Of a DNA stretch of 64,000 bases, positions 39,678 through 51,206 are shown piece after piece. The translations under genes were made by a program, and so were the position numbers. The stretch's first letter is position 1. Each line of letters opens with the position of its first letter. The stretch is from the human T2T-CHM13v2.0 reference genome, Homo sapiens. The stretch is from assembly GCF_009914755.1 (NCBI RefSeq), contig NC_060933.1, one strand, 5' to 3'. The notes beneath the pieces were generated by a model. The model was not told the origin of the DNA. It ran no database searches and was given only the letters and a program-made list of their open reading frames with translations.

Positions 39678-40234
39678 CGTTCCACAGTGTATTTTCCAAA
39701 ATGACTGTACCAATATCTTCTATCTCAGAAGAAATTCTACAATGTGATCTTGACAGTTCTGTCATTGAAAAGAGGTGTCTATAATCTCTGCTCCTTGAAT
39801 CTGGGCAGGAATGGGACTTCATTGTACTACAAGAATGAAGAAGAAGTAACACTACATGACTTTTGTGGTTCAGTTAGGAAAGACAATGCAGCCTCCATCT
39901 TGTTTGCTGGAACACTTGCCAGTACACTAAGTTACCATACATTTTGTTCAGTTGCCTTACTGCTGCCATGCTTTGATGAAGTTCAAATTAACCCACGTGG
40001 AGAGACCACATGGGAAAGCCTTTAGACTACATGGACATAGAAGGTCTGTCCCAGATGGAGCAGGCCAGATGGAGCACCCAGATGCTCCAGTTCTTGTCTG
40101 ACTTGCATCCACACCACTGTCCCCAAACACCTCCCAAATTCCTGATCCACAACAAACCATGAGAGGCCATAAACTTGTTTTTTTCCGCCACTAAGTTATA
40201 AGGAAATTTGTTTTGCAACAATACATAATGGAAT
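39678..40234 (+). mobile_element. MLT1G/H-like 3' LTR
   Basis: ttttccaaaatg..ccttgaatctgggc..agaagtaacactacatgac..gagaccacatgg..aaattcctgatccaca..gccactaagtt..gcaacaata. Confidence 0.8.
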
Positions 40235-40974
40235 AAGTCCCTTCTCCCATACCTTGGAAACACAGTGACTTACACATTGGTGGCAAGTCATTTCTTCTCA
40301 TACTTTCACTTCAACTTTCATATTTTTTCTCAATTAGAAAGCCTTCTGTCAATATCATAGCAGAATTGTTTGTTCACTTCACCGTATTTACCTTATTTAC
40401 CACCAATAAACCATGAAAATTTTCCTTGACATTGTTCACTGTATTGGATATTGTTATTTCTATACCTCTATGTTTTTGTCACTGAGATATGAATCCTCAA
40501 GAGAAAGAGCTATTCTCTTCTCCTGCAAGTTTTGTCTCCTGCAGTGAAAATGCAAAGGATACATATAGTCATGTGTGGCTTAAGAGGCTGCAATACATAT
40601 AAAAAAACATGATGCATAATACTTGTGTAGGACCACACATTTGGAAGGAGCATGAAGCAGCTGATCTTATGGTAAAGCCCATCATCAAGGGGCAGAACAA
40701 CATTAGATGTTAAACTTCCCTGTGGGATGAATGCAGGACTCTTTAGTGAGAACATCAGTGTACCATGTACTCAGACAAACCTGGAGAGTCAACTGGTTGC
40801 ATGAGGCGTAGTAGAAAAACAGTTTCTAGTGAAAGACCTAACTTGCACTTCCTTAAAAGTATTTAATGGGAGGTGGAAAAATTAGAGAAAGCTAAATATA
40901 CTTTTCAGGAGTAGAAAGTTTTACTAGTAGGAAAATGTGGAGGGGGCAATATTTTTAAAATACTCTTTGGTACA

Positions 40975-41213
40975 CTGATTCAGCTGACACGTATTTATGG
41001 AATATCTATTCCATTACCTGAAAAACAAATAAGACAAATGTGTCCCAGTAAACATGGGGGCTTAAGTCTAATGGAGGGAGATAATACACTCACATGAAAA
41101 ATAACAAAATAAATTCAGAAAATGGTAAATGCCGAAACAGAAAATGACACCTGACGAAGGGCAAGACAATGACCTGGGGAAACTGGCCCGTTAGCAAGGA
41201 TGGTTAGAGAAGG
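40975..41213 (-). mobile_element. L2 fragment (resumes ~42596-42690)
   Basis: tatttatggaatatcta..gcttaagtctaatggag..ggatggttagagaagg | cactgaggagg. Confidence 0.7.
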
Positions 41214-42130
41214 TGTAGCACACGTTGTTGTCTGCCTACCCAGCAGCCATTCCTCTCCCTTCAGTCCTAAGGGAAGATCAAATCTCTCACCAGTTCTTCA
41301 CTTTCCCATCTTCCCACATAGCAAATGGTGGAAAGTGTGAAACACAATTCTGAGATGTTATGGAGGAATCTGTCAGTGAAGTGAAAGTAGAATATGGATA
41401 TTCCCAAGAAAGGTGTTCCTGTCAGGTGAAGAGCGAGACTCTCCTGAGGATAGTCCCCAAGTCATTATCTACTTTGGACATTGCCTTGTGAAGACAAGAT
41501 ATAGAGGACTACTGCCATCATATTGTGAGGCGATGAGTATACAGTTTGGATATTTGTCCCTTACAGATCTCATGTGAAAATCTCATCTTCAGTGTTGGAG
41601 GTGGGGGCCTAATAGGTGGTGTTTGGGTCATGGGGAGAGGGTTCCCTTGTGAATGGCTTGGTGCTGTCCTCAAAGTAATGAGTGAGATCTAGCTCTATGA
41701 ACGAGCTCCTGGGAGAGCCAATTGTTAAAAATAGGCTGGCAATTCCTTCCCCTTTTTCTTTCTTCCTTCCTGTCACAATGTGATGCCTGCTCTCCTTTAC
41801 CTTCTGCCATGAGCGAAAGCTTCCTGAAGCCCTCAGCAGATACAGATTCTTGTGCCATGCTTCTCATATGGCTGAACCATGAGCCAAATAGGCCTCTTTT
41901 CTTTGTAAATTGCCCAGCCTCAAGTGTTCCTTTATAGCAACACAAATGGACTAAGACAGATAGGGAAGACAAAGAGTATTGTAGAGAAACTGACCCAACA
42001 CCCTGATTTCATTGAGCCAGCACCAAATGTTAGATCACCTATTGCAGTACCTCTTTTTATGAGAAAGGCAAACCCTAACTGTTTAGAAAAATTTATGGTA
42101 TTAGCACCCAAAAGTATGCTGAAAAATACA
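41214..42130 (+). mobile_element. MLT1J-like LTR split by MSTB
   Basis: tgtagcacac..tgcctacccagcagccattcc...gcacccaaaag..aataca; near-TSD gaagg/gaagt. Confidence 0.75.
41537..41958 (+). mobile_element. MSTB1/B2-type MaLR solo LTR
   Basis: agtttggatatttgtccc..gaatggcttggtgc..aaccatgagccaaata..cctttatagcaacacaaatggactaagaca. Confidence 0.9.
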
Positions 42131-42138
42131 GAAGTTCT

Positions 42139-42580
42139 AGGACATTATATTAAGTGAAATAAGCTAGGTACAGAAAGACAAACACTGCATGATCTCACTC
42201 ATATGTGGAATCTAAAAGAGTTGATCTTATATAAGTAGAGAGTAGAATGATGGTTGCCAGGTGCTGGGATGGTTGGGGGTGGTGGAGGAAGTTGGGGAGA
42301 TGTAGGTGAGAGGATACGAAATTTTAGACAGGAGGAGAATTATTTATTGTACAATGTACTGATATATAATAGTTAGCAATATATTGTATTCTTGAAAAAT
42401 GCTGACAGTGGACGTCAAGCATCCTCACCACAAAAATGGTAACTCTGTGAGGTAATGAATGTGTTAACTAGCTAGATTTAGTCATTCCACAATGTATATA
42501 TGCTTCAAAACATCATGGCATACATAATATATACAATTTTATTTTTCAATTAAAAAATACAAATTTAAAAGTATTTAAAT
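42139..42580 (+). mobile_element. 5'-truncated L1MA
   Basis: taagtgaaataagc..gatctcactcatatgtggaatc..gtcattccacaatgtata; degenerate 15-bp TSD aaatacagaagttct (42124-42138) / aaatatagaagtcct (42581-42595). Confidence 0.9.
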
Positions 42581-42942
42581 AAATATAGAAGTCCTCACTG
42601 AGGAGGCAACTCCTACACTGAGATACAAGGAGTGCAAAAGGAGGACTTATAGATTCGGATGAAGACTATTATGAGCCCAGAGAACACCAAGCCTCTAAGT
42701 TGGTGCTTTAGTCAGGATTTTATTGCATATATGTGTTAGTAATTGATTTACTGCCTCTCAGCCCCAATTCCACAATACATTGCCTGTTCTGTGACAAAGT
42801 AGCTGGACTCTAAATATTTCTCCTTTGCTGTCTGGCACTATATTAAGCGAGCTATGTCCATAGAGGGCCCTGGAGGGTCACAGCAGGATAGAGGTCCTCT
42901 CTTCCTGATTCTGTTGTGCTTGTCTCAGCAAGTTCCTGCTGA

Positions 42943-42973
<31 letters not shown>

Positions 42974-42991
42974 TGTGTGTGTCTGTGTGTG
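42943..42991. repeat. Imperfect (TG)n microsatellite
   Basis: TG run with two interruptions. Confidence 0.95.
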
Positions 42992-43356
42992 GTCTCTGCA
43001 GGGGCAGGTTTCTGAAGTGTGCACGGGTTCTCCAGTGGCCACTGCCAGCAGTACATGGTACTTCCCTGTAGGCACTTTCCTGAAGAACGGCAGAGGGTGA
43101 ATTATCAGCAATCTGGCTACCAGAGGGCAGTTCAGCAAACTTCTCCTTCATCCAGTAAGCCATGAATCCACCCTCCCAAAGAGGCATGGATTTCAGATCT
43201 AAGAAAGGAGCTTCTCTCTTAAATTGGTCTGTTTCTTGGGTGCTCTATGTTAGCCTTAAAAGTAGTAATGATTCCCTTTATATGATATTTCTGATTTTTT
43301 AAAATATCTCTTTACTCCTCACTAGTAAATTAAGGTTACTAAATATCCTATTAACA

Positions 43357-43651
43357 TTTTTATTTTTTTGAGACAGGGTCTTACTCTGTGGCCCAGGGTA
43401 GAGTGCAGTGATACGATCCTGGCTCACTGTAGCCTCCACTTCCTGGCCTAAGCAATCATCCCACCACAGCCTCCCCAATACCTGTAACTACAAGTGTTCC
43501 CTCCACGCCTGGCTATTTTTTTTGAATTTTTTATAGAGATGAGGGTCTTCCTATGTTGCCCAGGCTGGTCTTGAACTCCTAGACTCAAGCAATCTGCCTG
43601 CCTTGGCCTCCCAAAATGCTTGGATTACAGGTATGAGCCACATGACCAGCC
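43357..43651 (-). mobile_element. AluJ
   Basis: Reverse dimer: gagacagggtc..ctatgttgcccaggctggtcttgaactcct..ctcaagcaatc. Confidence 0.93.
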
Positions 43652-43729
43652 AGTAATTCTTCATATTAAACTTTTACTATTAAAATTGCTGTGTGGTTTC
43701 TGCCTTTTGATTGGCTCCTCATTTACATA

Positions 43730-44326
43730 ATATGCCAGAATTATTTTACAGTATCATCAGAAGCATAAAGAGCAGGTTCTGGGATGGGACTCAATGAATG
43801 ACCCCCAAAACAATGTTGCAGAACTGACCCACAGAGACTCTGTGCAAAAGGTAGGGAAGCAGGAAGTTACTGGTGCCATTTCCAGAAACACACCATCAAT
43901 CGGAAGGGGTGTAATTTCCACCAATTGGAAGGGGAAAGCAGGCGCCTATTCTCAAATATACTATGTCTCCAATGATGCCTCTTAAACACTATATCCTTCA
44001 GACACTCCTGAATCTCTTCTCTCTTATCCTATTTAATTCCAAAATTGATTTTGCATAAGACCATCAGAGTAGCTGAATCTAAATTACATTGAATTTGAGT
44101 TCACCATATCTACATTGCTGGCAGTAAGACATAGAAAAGAAAAACATGCAAAATGGAAATGCAAGTTGATTTTTTCCCGTCTATAAAAACCTTCATGGAA
44201 GCTAAGATTATCTTTCATTGACTGAAGCTTGGTCATATGGTCATGTCTTGGCAACTATTGGAATATGGCTAGGAAAAAGGGAAATGTAGACGGGATTGTA
44301 GTCAGCCAACCAACGGTATATGCACA
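43730..44326 (-). mobile_element. Old MLT1-like LTR remnant (other end probably ~42700-42730)
   Basis: ttagtcaggattttattgc before LTR41, and ttcattgactgaagcttggtcatatg..cagccaaccaac after it, resemble reverse MLT1K/L. Confidence 0.45.
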
Positions 44327-45219
44327 GTTATGTATACATCTCCTGTTCTCTTCTCCCATCCAACTCAGATTTAACTTTCCCAGTGGTATGGGGATGGGGA
44401 TGAGATGGACTTTCAAAGAAATATGCAATAAACTCCCAATTATTTTAGACTTTTTGTTCCAAATAATTAAAGAATACCAAAGAGATATTAAGTTTGAAAG
44501 TAATAAATGGCATCAGGAAAACATACACTTTTTTTTTTTTTTTAGCACAGAAGTATCATTCTGTGAAAGCTGTGAGCAATTTGTCATTTAGCATGTAGAG
44601 AAAGCCATTACTAACATATAGACCATTATTTCTTCTGTCACATAAATGCTATGTATATTTCTCTGCATATTTACACTCTTAACAACACATATGAGCTTAT
44701 TTTTTTGACAGTACTTTCAGATTTAACTATTTTTGAATGCTGATACAGGTCTATTCCACTTCATCAATTAGAGTTTGATGGTTATTTAGAGTAACAGGAT
44801 TTTTTTTCAGACCTCTAAACACAGATCACTGGTCAAATATACACTATTTCCTATTTATAAGTTGAGAAATATTGAGATGTTTTAAGAATAGTATGACTGG
44901 ACTTTATGTACATAGGCACATAAAACTTACTAAATATCGACTACATATGACTGGAAGAGTTCAGTTCAAGCTTTTAAGTCATAAGATTTAGATTTTATCA
45001 AAGTATTTTATACATAATTTCAGCTTTTTGATTAAACAGGATTTAATGAGCTATAAATTTAATTTAAAAACTAAAAGACATCCCACATATTTTACTATTT
45101 ATCACCATGTTCCAAGGCTAAGCTAGAAAACAGAAATGGCCCTGTTTTCTTCATTTTATCAGATAAAATAAGTTGAGAAGTCACTAAACTAAAATTTACT
45201 TTTAATTTCTTCTATGTAC

Positions 45220-46298
45220 ACATTCATTCATAAAATGAGTATTTATTGAATGCCTACCAGGTTCCAGGCCTAGTAAATAGACAAGTAAAAAAGTACAATT
45301 TATTTTAGGGCAGGTGCTGATAAGTTCTATGAAGAAAAATGAATCAGCAAAAGGAAAATGTAGGAAGAAAAGTAATAAAGGAGGAAAGGAATGGATATTT
45401 AAATAAAATAGCCAGATAAGGCCTTATAGAGATTACCTTTGAACAGATACAAAAAGGAGGTGAAGGAACAGTCCCCGCTGGCTTTCAGAAGAAGAGCAAT
45501 CCATGCCTGGCGGGGAGGAAGTGTTGATTGACAAAAATGCAAAAACCCTGAGAGTGTGTGCACACTTGCTCTGCTCAGAGAACAGAAAGTAGATCTAGGG
45601 CACAGTGAGCCAGAGGGAAAGTAAAAGTAGAGAAATTTGAAGATATAGCACAGAAACCAAATGATTCAGATCATTGTGGACACTTGTAATGATGTTGGCT
45701 TACTAGTAAGATGGAAAAACATTGGAACTAGTAAGATGAAAAAGCATTGGAACATTTTGGGCCAAACTGTTGGGAAATGATCTCACTATGTATTTTAAAG
45801 GATCCTAAAATCTGCTGGTCAAAGACAGACTTTGGTGATGCATGAGGGTGACCAAGAGAGAAGGTACACTGGTTAGGAGCCCATTATAATAACGAGGTAA
45901 AAAAAAAAAAAATTGTGTCTTGTTCAGGGAAATAGCAATGGAAAGCTTGAGTGGTATAATATTTGAATACAAGTTTAAGGTAATGTTAAAAAGACTTAAA
46001 GAGGTACTGGTTATAGTACATAAGAGATAAAAAGAGTCAAGGATGACTCAAAGGTTTCAGTCTGAAAAAATAAAAGGAGAGATTCATTATGGCATATGTT
46101 GGGAAAATTTGTAGGAGTAAAATAGGACAGTGGTGTTAGATCATAAATTTGGTTTTAGACAAGATAAATTTGGACATCAGACACTCACTTAGATATGCTG
46201 AGTAGGCAGTGGGAAGTAAGAGTATAAAGTTCAGGAGAGTGCTTCAGGCCTGAGATATACATTTGGAGAATATCAGTATATAGAATATAATCAGAGCT
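45220..46298 (-). mobile_element. L2a fragment
   Basis: cattcattca..tatttattgaatgcctac..ttttaaaggatc..gagtcaaggatgactc..gagtaggcagt..ttcaggagag. Confidence 0.85.
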
Positions 46299-46620
46299 AT
46301 GATCTTGTTCTTTTTTATGGCTGCACACACTAAAGTACACAGACTAGTGACACTACAAAGCAACCACATAAACAAGTCTGCAAAATAAGCAGCTAGTATC
46401 ATGAGGACAAGATCAAATCTACACATAGCAATACTAAACATAAATGTAAATTGGGCTAAATGCTCCCAATTAAAAGACACAGAGTGGCAAGCTAGATAAG
46501 GAACCAAGAGCCATTGGTATGCTGTCTTCAAGAGACTCATCTCACATGCAATGACACACATAGACTCAAAATAATGAGATGGAGGAACATTTACCAAGCA
46601 AATAGAAAACAACAAAAAAT
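46299..46620 (+). mobile_element. Rearranged L1P fragment: ORF1/ORF2 junction and endonuclease start (+), preceded by 27 nt of ORF2 C-terminus (-)
   Basis: aatgtaaattgggctaaatgctcccaattaaaagacacaga..tgctgtcttcaagagactcatctcac resembles LNVNGLNAPIKRHR..CCLQETHL. 46299-46325 reads AAIKKNKI on the minus strand. Confidence 0.88.
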
Positions 46621-46974
46621 ATTTCTAATAGATTTCTGCTTTTAATAATGAAATATGTCAAACTCCTATAAAAACTATATGTAGGAAATATAAAAGTTTA
46701 TATATAATTCATGTAATGGTTAATAGTAACTGAATAGCTAGTATTGAATAACCAAGCTTCTTTTGTTGTTTTGACATTGGAGAATTGAACATGCTTAAAA
46801 GTTATTGGAAAGGACCCAGTTAAGAGAGAAAGGGAGTTTGAAATACCATTAAGATCCTTCCCAATGACTTTTAAACATAATCACTTATCATGTTAAAAAC
46901 AACAGAAGCTTGGTTATTTAAGCTTGGTTACCTCCTCTAGCTACCACCTTGTCTTCTTTTAGCCTGTTCCTTTT

Positions 46975-47273
46975 ATGTTTTGAGTTTTTTTTAGAGACAA
47001 GATCTTTCCCTATTGCCCAGACTGGAATGCAGTGACATGATCATAGCTCACTGTAACCTTAAACTCAAACAATCCTCCTGTCTCAACCTTTTGAGTAGCT
47101 AAGACCACAAGTGCACACCACCACACCCTGTGTTTGTTGTTGGTATTTGGTAGAGAAGGGGTTTCACAATGTTGCTCAGGCTGATATCAAACTTCTGGGT
47201 TCAAATGTACTTCCTGCCTTTCCTTGGCCTCCTAACGCTGTGGAATTGCCAGCATGAGTCACCACTCCCAACC
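46975..47273 (-). mobile_element. AluJ, diverged
   Basis: Reverse dimer with tcatagctcactg..aatcctcctg and an internal deletion. Confidence 0.9.
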
Positions 47274-47299
47274 CTTTTATTTTAATATGTCACATGAAC

Positions 47300-47986
47300 A
47301 CCTCTATATCTCCAAGATAATATCTATCATTTCTCCCCTAAACTCCTTCAACAGCCTCCTGGCTGGTCTCTCTGCCTCTGTTATGGGTCTCTCAAATCTT
47401 TTCCCCACTCAGCCCCAGATTTCTTCTGGAAAGCAATTCAGATTATAGTATCTCCTCATACTTAAAACCTTTTCACCTGTGCATTAAGAACAACATTCTT
47501 TAAAGGATCCTGAAGGCCCTGTGTGATCTTTCTACTACCTCTCTCAAGGCTCATTGTCTCTACAATTTGCCTTTAGCTCATTGTGCTTTAATCAGATTTT
47601 TTAAATTCAATTTTTAACTTGTATTTAATGTTTCATCCTGCCAGTTTTCCTTTTCCTGATACACCTATTTTCTTTTCATATTTGTCTAATCAACTTTCAC
47701 TCATTTTTGCATTGCAGTTCAGCACCATCATTTTTTCACAACTTTTTCACTGAGTTCCTTAAATTCCCTCTGTACTCCCACATCACACTGCATGCTTTTC
47801 TTCCTAAGAACTTTCATAACAGTTACCATTTCACATATATTTGGGGGATGAGCTAAATAATATCTCTCTTTTTTATTATACTATGTATTCTATGCATTCG
47901 GAGATTTAATTTGTTCTCAGTATTGTAACCCTAGTGCCAGCACAGTACCTGTTACATACACGGTAATAAGTGTTTTTGAATAAAAT
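47300..47986 (+). mobile_element. L2 3' region
   Basis: aacagcctcctggctggtctctctgcct..cttaaaacc..aaggccctgtgtgatct..agcacagtacctg..ttgaataaa. Confidence 0.8.
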
Positions 47987-48032
47987 GTCTGTTTTTTTTC
48001 TGACACTTTTGTTTCTTTTTGAGATGTTTCTC

Positions 48033-48106
48033 TGATTTTAACTCTAAGAACAAAAGAGCCAAAAATGGCTTTTGATTTTAACTCTAAGAACAAAAGAGCC
48101 AAAAAT
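48033..48106. repeat. 34-bp direct duplication with a 6-nt spacer
   Basis: tgattttaactctaagaacaaaagagccaaaaat at 48033-48066 and 48073-48106. Confidence 0.95.
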
Positions 48107-48639
48107 TCTTGTTTTCTTTAAAATATTTCTAGAAAAAATCTTTCTAGAAAAAAGCAAAGTACAGTCTCCGGGTACACAATGGGTTGAAATAATGTGTAAA
48201 CAATGCCTACATATTTCTAAATTTCTTCCAGATGAGGGATATGAGTTACAAAGCAATTTGAGGCTTTGGCTGGTTGTAAGACTATAAAAATGAAAATTGT
48301 CTTCTTTCCTTACAAGTACTTGTTCCTGACTCAAAAGATGCATTTGGGTTAAAGTTCAAGAAGAAATATACATACCAATAAAACCAGGAATTCTGTTTGT
48401 TACCAGTAAGAGAAAAAAGGAACAGAAAATAAAATATAAAATACACCTTAGGTGGTAACAGTGGGAAGGGGGAAGAATTCTACCAAGGACTTTTAAATTG
48501 GGAGGAAAGAGATGGAGATAAGCCATGTATATACCAGAGCCTGAGACCTTATATGTATCTGAATAGTTCAATAGAATATTTGATAAATTTTTCTTTTCTT
48601 TTTAAAATTTTTGCTGTTATAATGATTATTTAAATTTTT

Positions 48640-48875
48640 AAGTAATTTTTCAAATTGACATATCAACTGTCATGTGCACCATGATGAAAAGTTTATCTCA
48701 TAGAAGTAGGGACTACAATGGTGATAACCAGAATCCAGGATGGTTACAGGAGAGGGAGGGTTTGGAAAATGATGGTCAAATATATTTACAGTTACACAGG
48801 AGGAATATGTTTAAGAGATCTATTATACTACATGGCAACTATAGTCAACAATATATTCTTGAAAAATGGTAAGAA
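48640..48875. mobile_element. L1MA 3' end with an internal inversion
   Basis: 48687-48875 is sense L1MA 3'UTR (atctcatagaagtag..aggaggaata..ttcttgaaaaatg). 48646-48686 reads catcatggtgcaca..tgtcaatttgaaaaaa on the minus strand, which is the L1MA terminus. Confidence 0.7.
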
Positions 48876-50284
48876 TGAGCAATTATTTTTGTTTCTTCAA
48901 ATTGTAAAATGAAGGACTAGTAGCAGCTAAATTTCAGTTTAGTGCTCATGGCATGCAGTTCCTTAAAATCTCATTGATTTATACACTTGGTTTTTTATAG
49001 TTATGATAAATAACTTAAAAATCGAGTCTATCACGAAGGTGATGAATAAAGTCATTTTTCATTTATAATGGAAAGTCTTTCTTGAGGTTATATGGCACGT
49101 AGGTAGAAGCTAAACTTACTCAGAGCATGAATGATGGGTAGCTAAAGGGTCCATTTGTCACAGTTCGTCTACTGCAAACGAGATGACTACAAAGCTTAGG
49201 GCCCATCCATTTGTTTACAGAGACAGATTAATTTTTTTCAGCTTTTATTTTCTCTTTGGGAGCTTAGTTTACAAATGAAGGGAGCTGAAGTCTTCTCTAA
49301 ACACACACAACCATACACACATACACAGCATATGAAAATGTGAAAGTCTTATTAAAAGCACATACATAAAATATGACTATTTCCATGATATCAGGGTCTC
49401 TATTTTGCTGAAGCAAATGAAAGACTTCGGAAAGTTTTAAAGACAAGGTAAGAAAAGAGTCATGGACAAAGATTAAGATTCAGCTAGAATGTCAGACCTT
49501 TCAAAATTATTTTTTTCAGCTTCAAATCATTTTTTCACATGAATACATCTTCACTAGTGCAAGGTTTCAAGCAGCTGAAACTGGAACAGGCCTCTTCTGT
49601 TTACTCTTAGATAGTGCTTTGAATTTTATTAGCATAACTTCTGGGAAATAGTCTAGTGCATTTGGATAGCTAAACACATTTTTTAAAAGAAAGGAAAAAA
49701 TCTACAATGATTGGCAAAAGAACAACATAAAAATCATCAGAACATTTATATTTTTTTACAAAAGAATATCCTCCAACGAATTAGATCCGAGGAATTCATA
49801 TTTAAGAGGATCAGTCTAAGAAGCTAACTGACTCATGGATTACAAAAGAATACTTTAAAGAACATATCAGAAAATACAGTTGCTTTGGGCATCAATTGAA
49901 ATATTAGCAATTATCATAATTGAGTACATTTTCAAATATAAATATAATGTAAAAATGACCTCAGTTGCCATTTATTTGAATTATAATGAGAAATACTTTA
50001 AATAACATATTAGAAAAATCATTAACTGGAGATCCATCCACTAAGTGACAATAATAAAAATTGATGAGTGAACGTGAGCAGATTTATATTTGCAATCTCA
50101 AAGCTTTCTGTAGTTTCTCAAATAATCTCTGGACTTGCAGAGTTCCTCAATGGAGGCAATGATGGTATTTTCAGGAGAACAATGTTTCCCTTTGGGATTT
50201 GCCATATATCACAAGAATTTTGACATTCCTCCTTCCTGGGAAGTAAACACTTCCCCGTCATTAAAACAAAAACATCTCTTACAC

Positions 50285-50286
<2 letters not shown>

Positions 50287-50322
<36 letters not shown>
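50287..50322. repeat. (AC)18 microsatellite
   Basis: Uninterrupted AC run. Confidence 0.97.
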
Positions 50323-50323
<1 letters not shown>

Positions 50324-50994
50324 GCTGCTAAACACCCCCTGGGGGTTGGTAAAGGTAATGCCTAATGCCTACTTCAGAATTGTTGCTTAAATCTAGAGGC
50401 AGAGGTATGAGTTTTCAAGCAAACAGTCCACAGTTGACTCTGACTTACTGATTTGCTATATGAAATCTATATACTTTAAACCAAAGAATATATAAAGACA
50501 GTATTATGAACCTACACACTTCCACCAAGAGTTTTTAAAAGAAAAATATTTATTAGGATTTTTGTAAGTAAAAAATACATATTTGAGGGAAAGTTGAACT
50601 CTACAGTAAATCTTTAGGAAACCAAAAAAAGTTTATTCGCAATATAGTTAATATTTTTCATCTATTTTTTTCTTCAATAGGACTATATCTATGTTAAAAT
50701 ATCTGTAACTTATTTTAAAATACCCCCATAGGAGTATCCTTGTACTTTATTGTAAAATAAGCTTTCTGACTGAGAATATATACAGTATTACAAACTATGT
50801 AATATGGACAATTTAAATTATAGCTGTTGATTCACCTATTGATTAGGATTTTACTCAAACATAATAATTTTACATACAATATATTATTTTTAGAAACAGT
50901 ATTTTAAACTACTTATGAGCATTTTATTTTAAACTTGATATTTTTTAAAGTAGACAATGTACACTTAACTGTTTTTCTGACTCTTAGCTAAATT

Positions 50995-51206
50995 CAGCAT
51001 TGGTAAGCTTTCCTCTGTAAGAGCCTGATAGTATACATTTTAGGCTTCACAGGTCAGACGGTCTCTGTTGCAACTGTTCACCTTTGACGGCAGTGTAAAA
51101 AGGCCACAGAAAACAGGTAATCAAGTAAGCATGGCTATGTTTAAATAAATCTTTACTTATAAAAACAGGTGGCTTTGGTGCACAAGCTGTAGTTTGCTTA
51201 ATTCTC
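50995..51206 (+). mobile_element. MER58A (hAT-Charlie MITE)
   Basis: tctgtaagagcctgatagta..ttttaggctt..ggtctctgttgcaact..aaaaacaggtgg..gtagtttgc. Confidence 0.85.

Larger units (their letters stand above)
42734..43728 (+). mobile_element. LTR41-like ERVL solo LTR, interrupted by AluJ
   Basis: tgttagtaatt..tgcctctcagc..atttctcctttgc..tagagggccctggaggg..gtgtggtttctg..tgattgg. Confidence 0.8.

Noticed and set aside
45702-45751. 25-bp tandem duplication in L2, and similar ones at ~11933-11973 and ~34735-34773
   Set aside because: Ordinary slippage duplications with no further structure.
46244-46615. 123-aa minus-strand ORF
   Set aside because: Antisense reading of a decayed L1 fragment. The sense ORF2 frame is broken, so no functional endonuclease is encoded.
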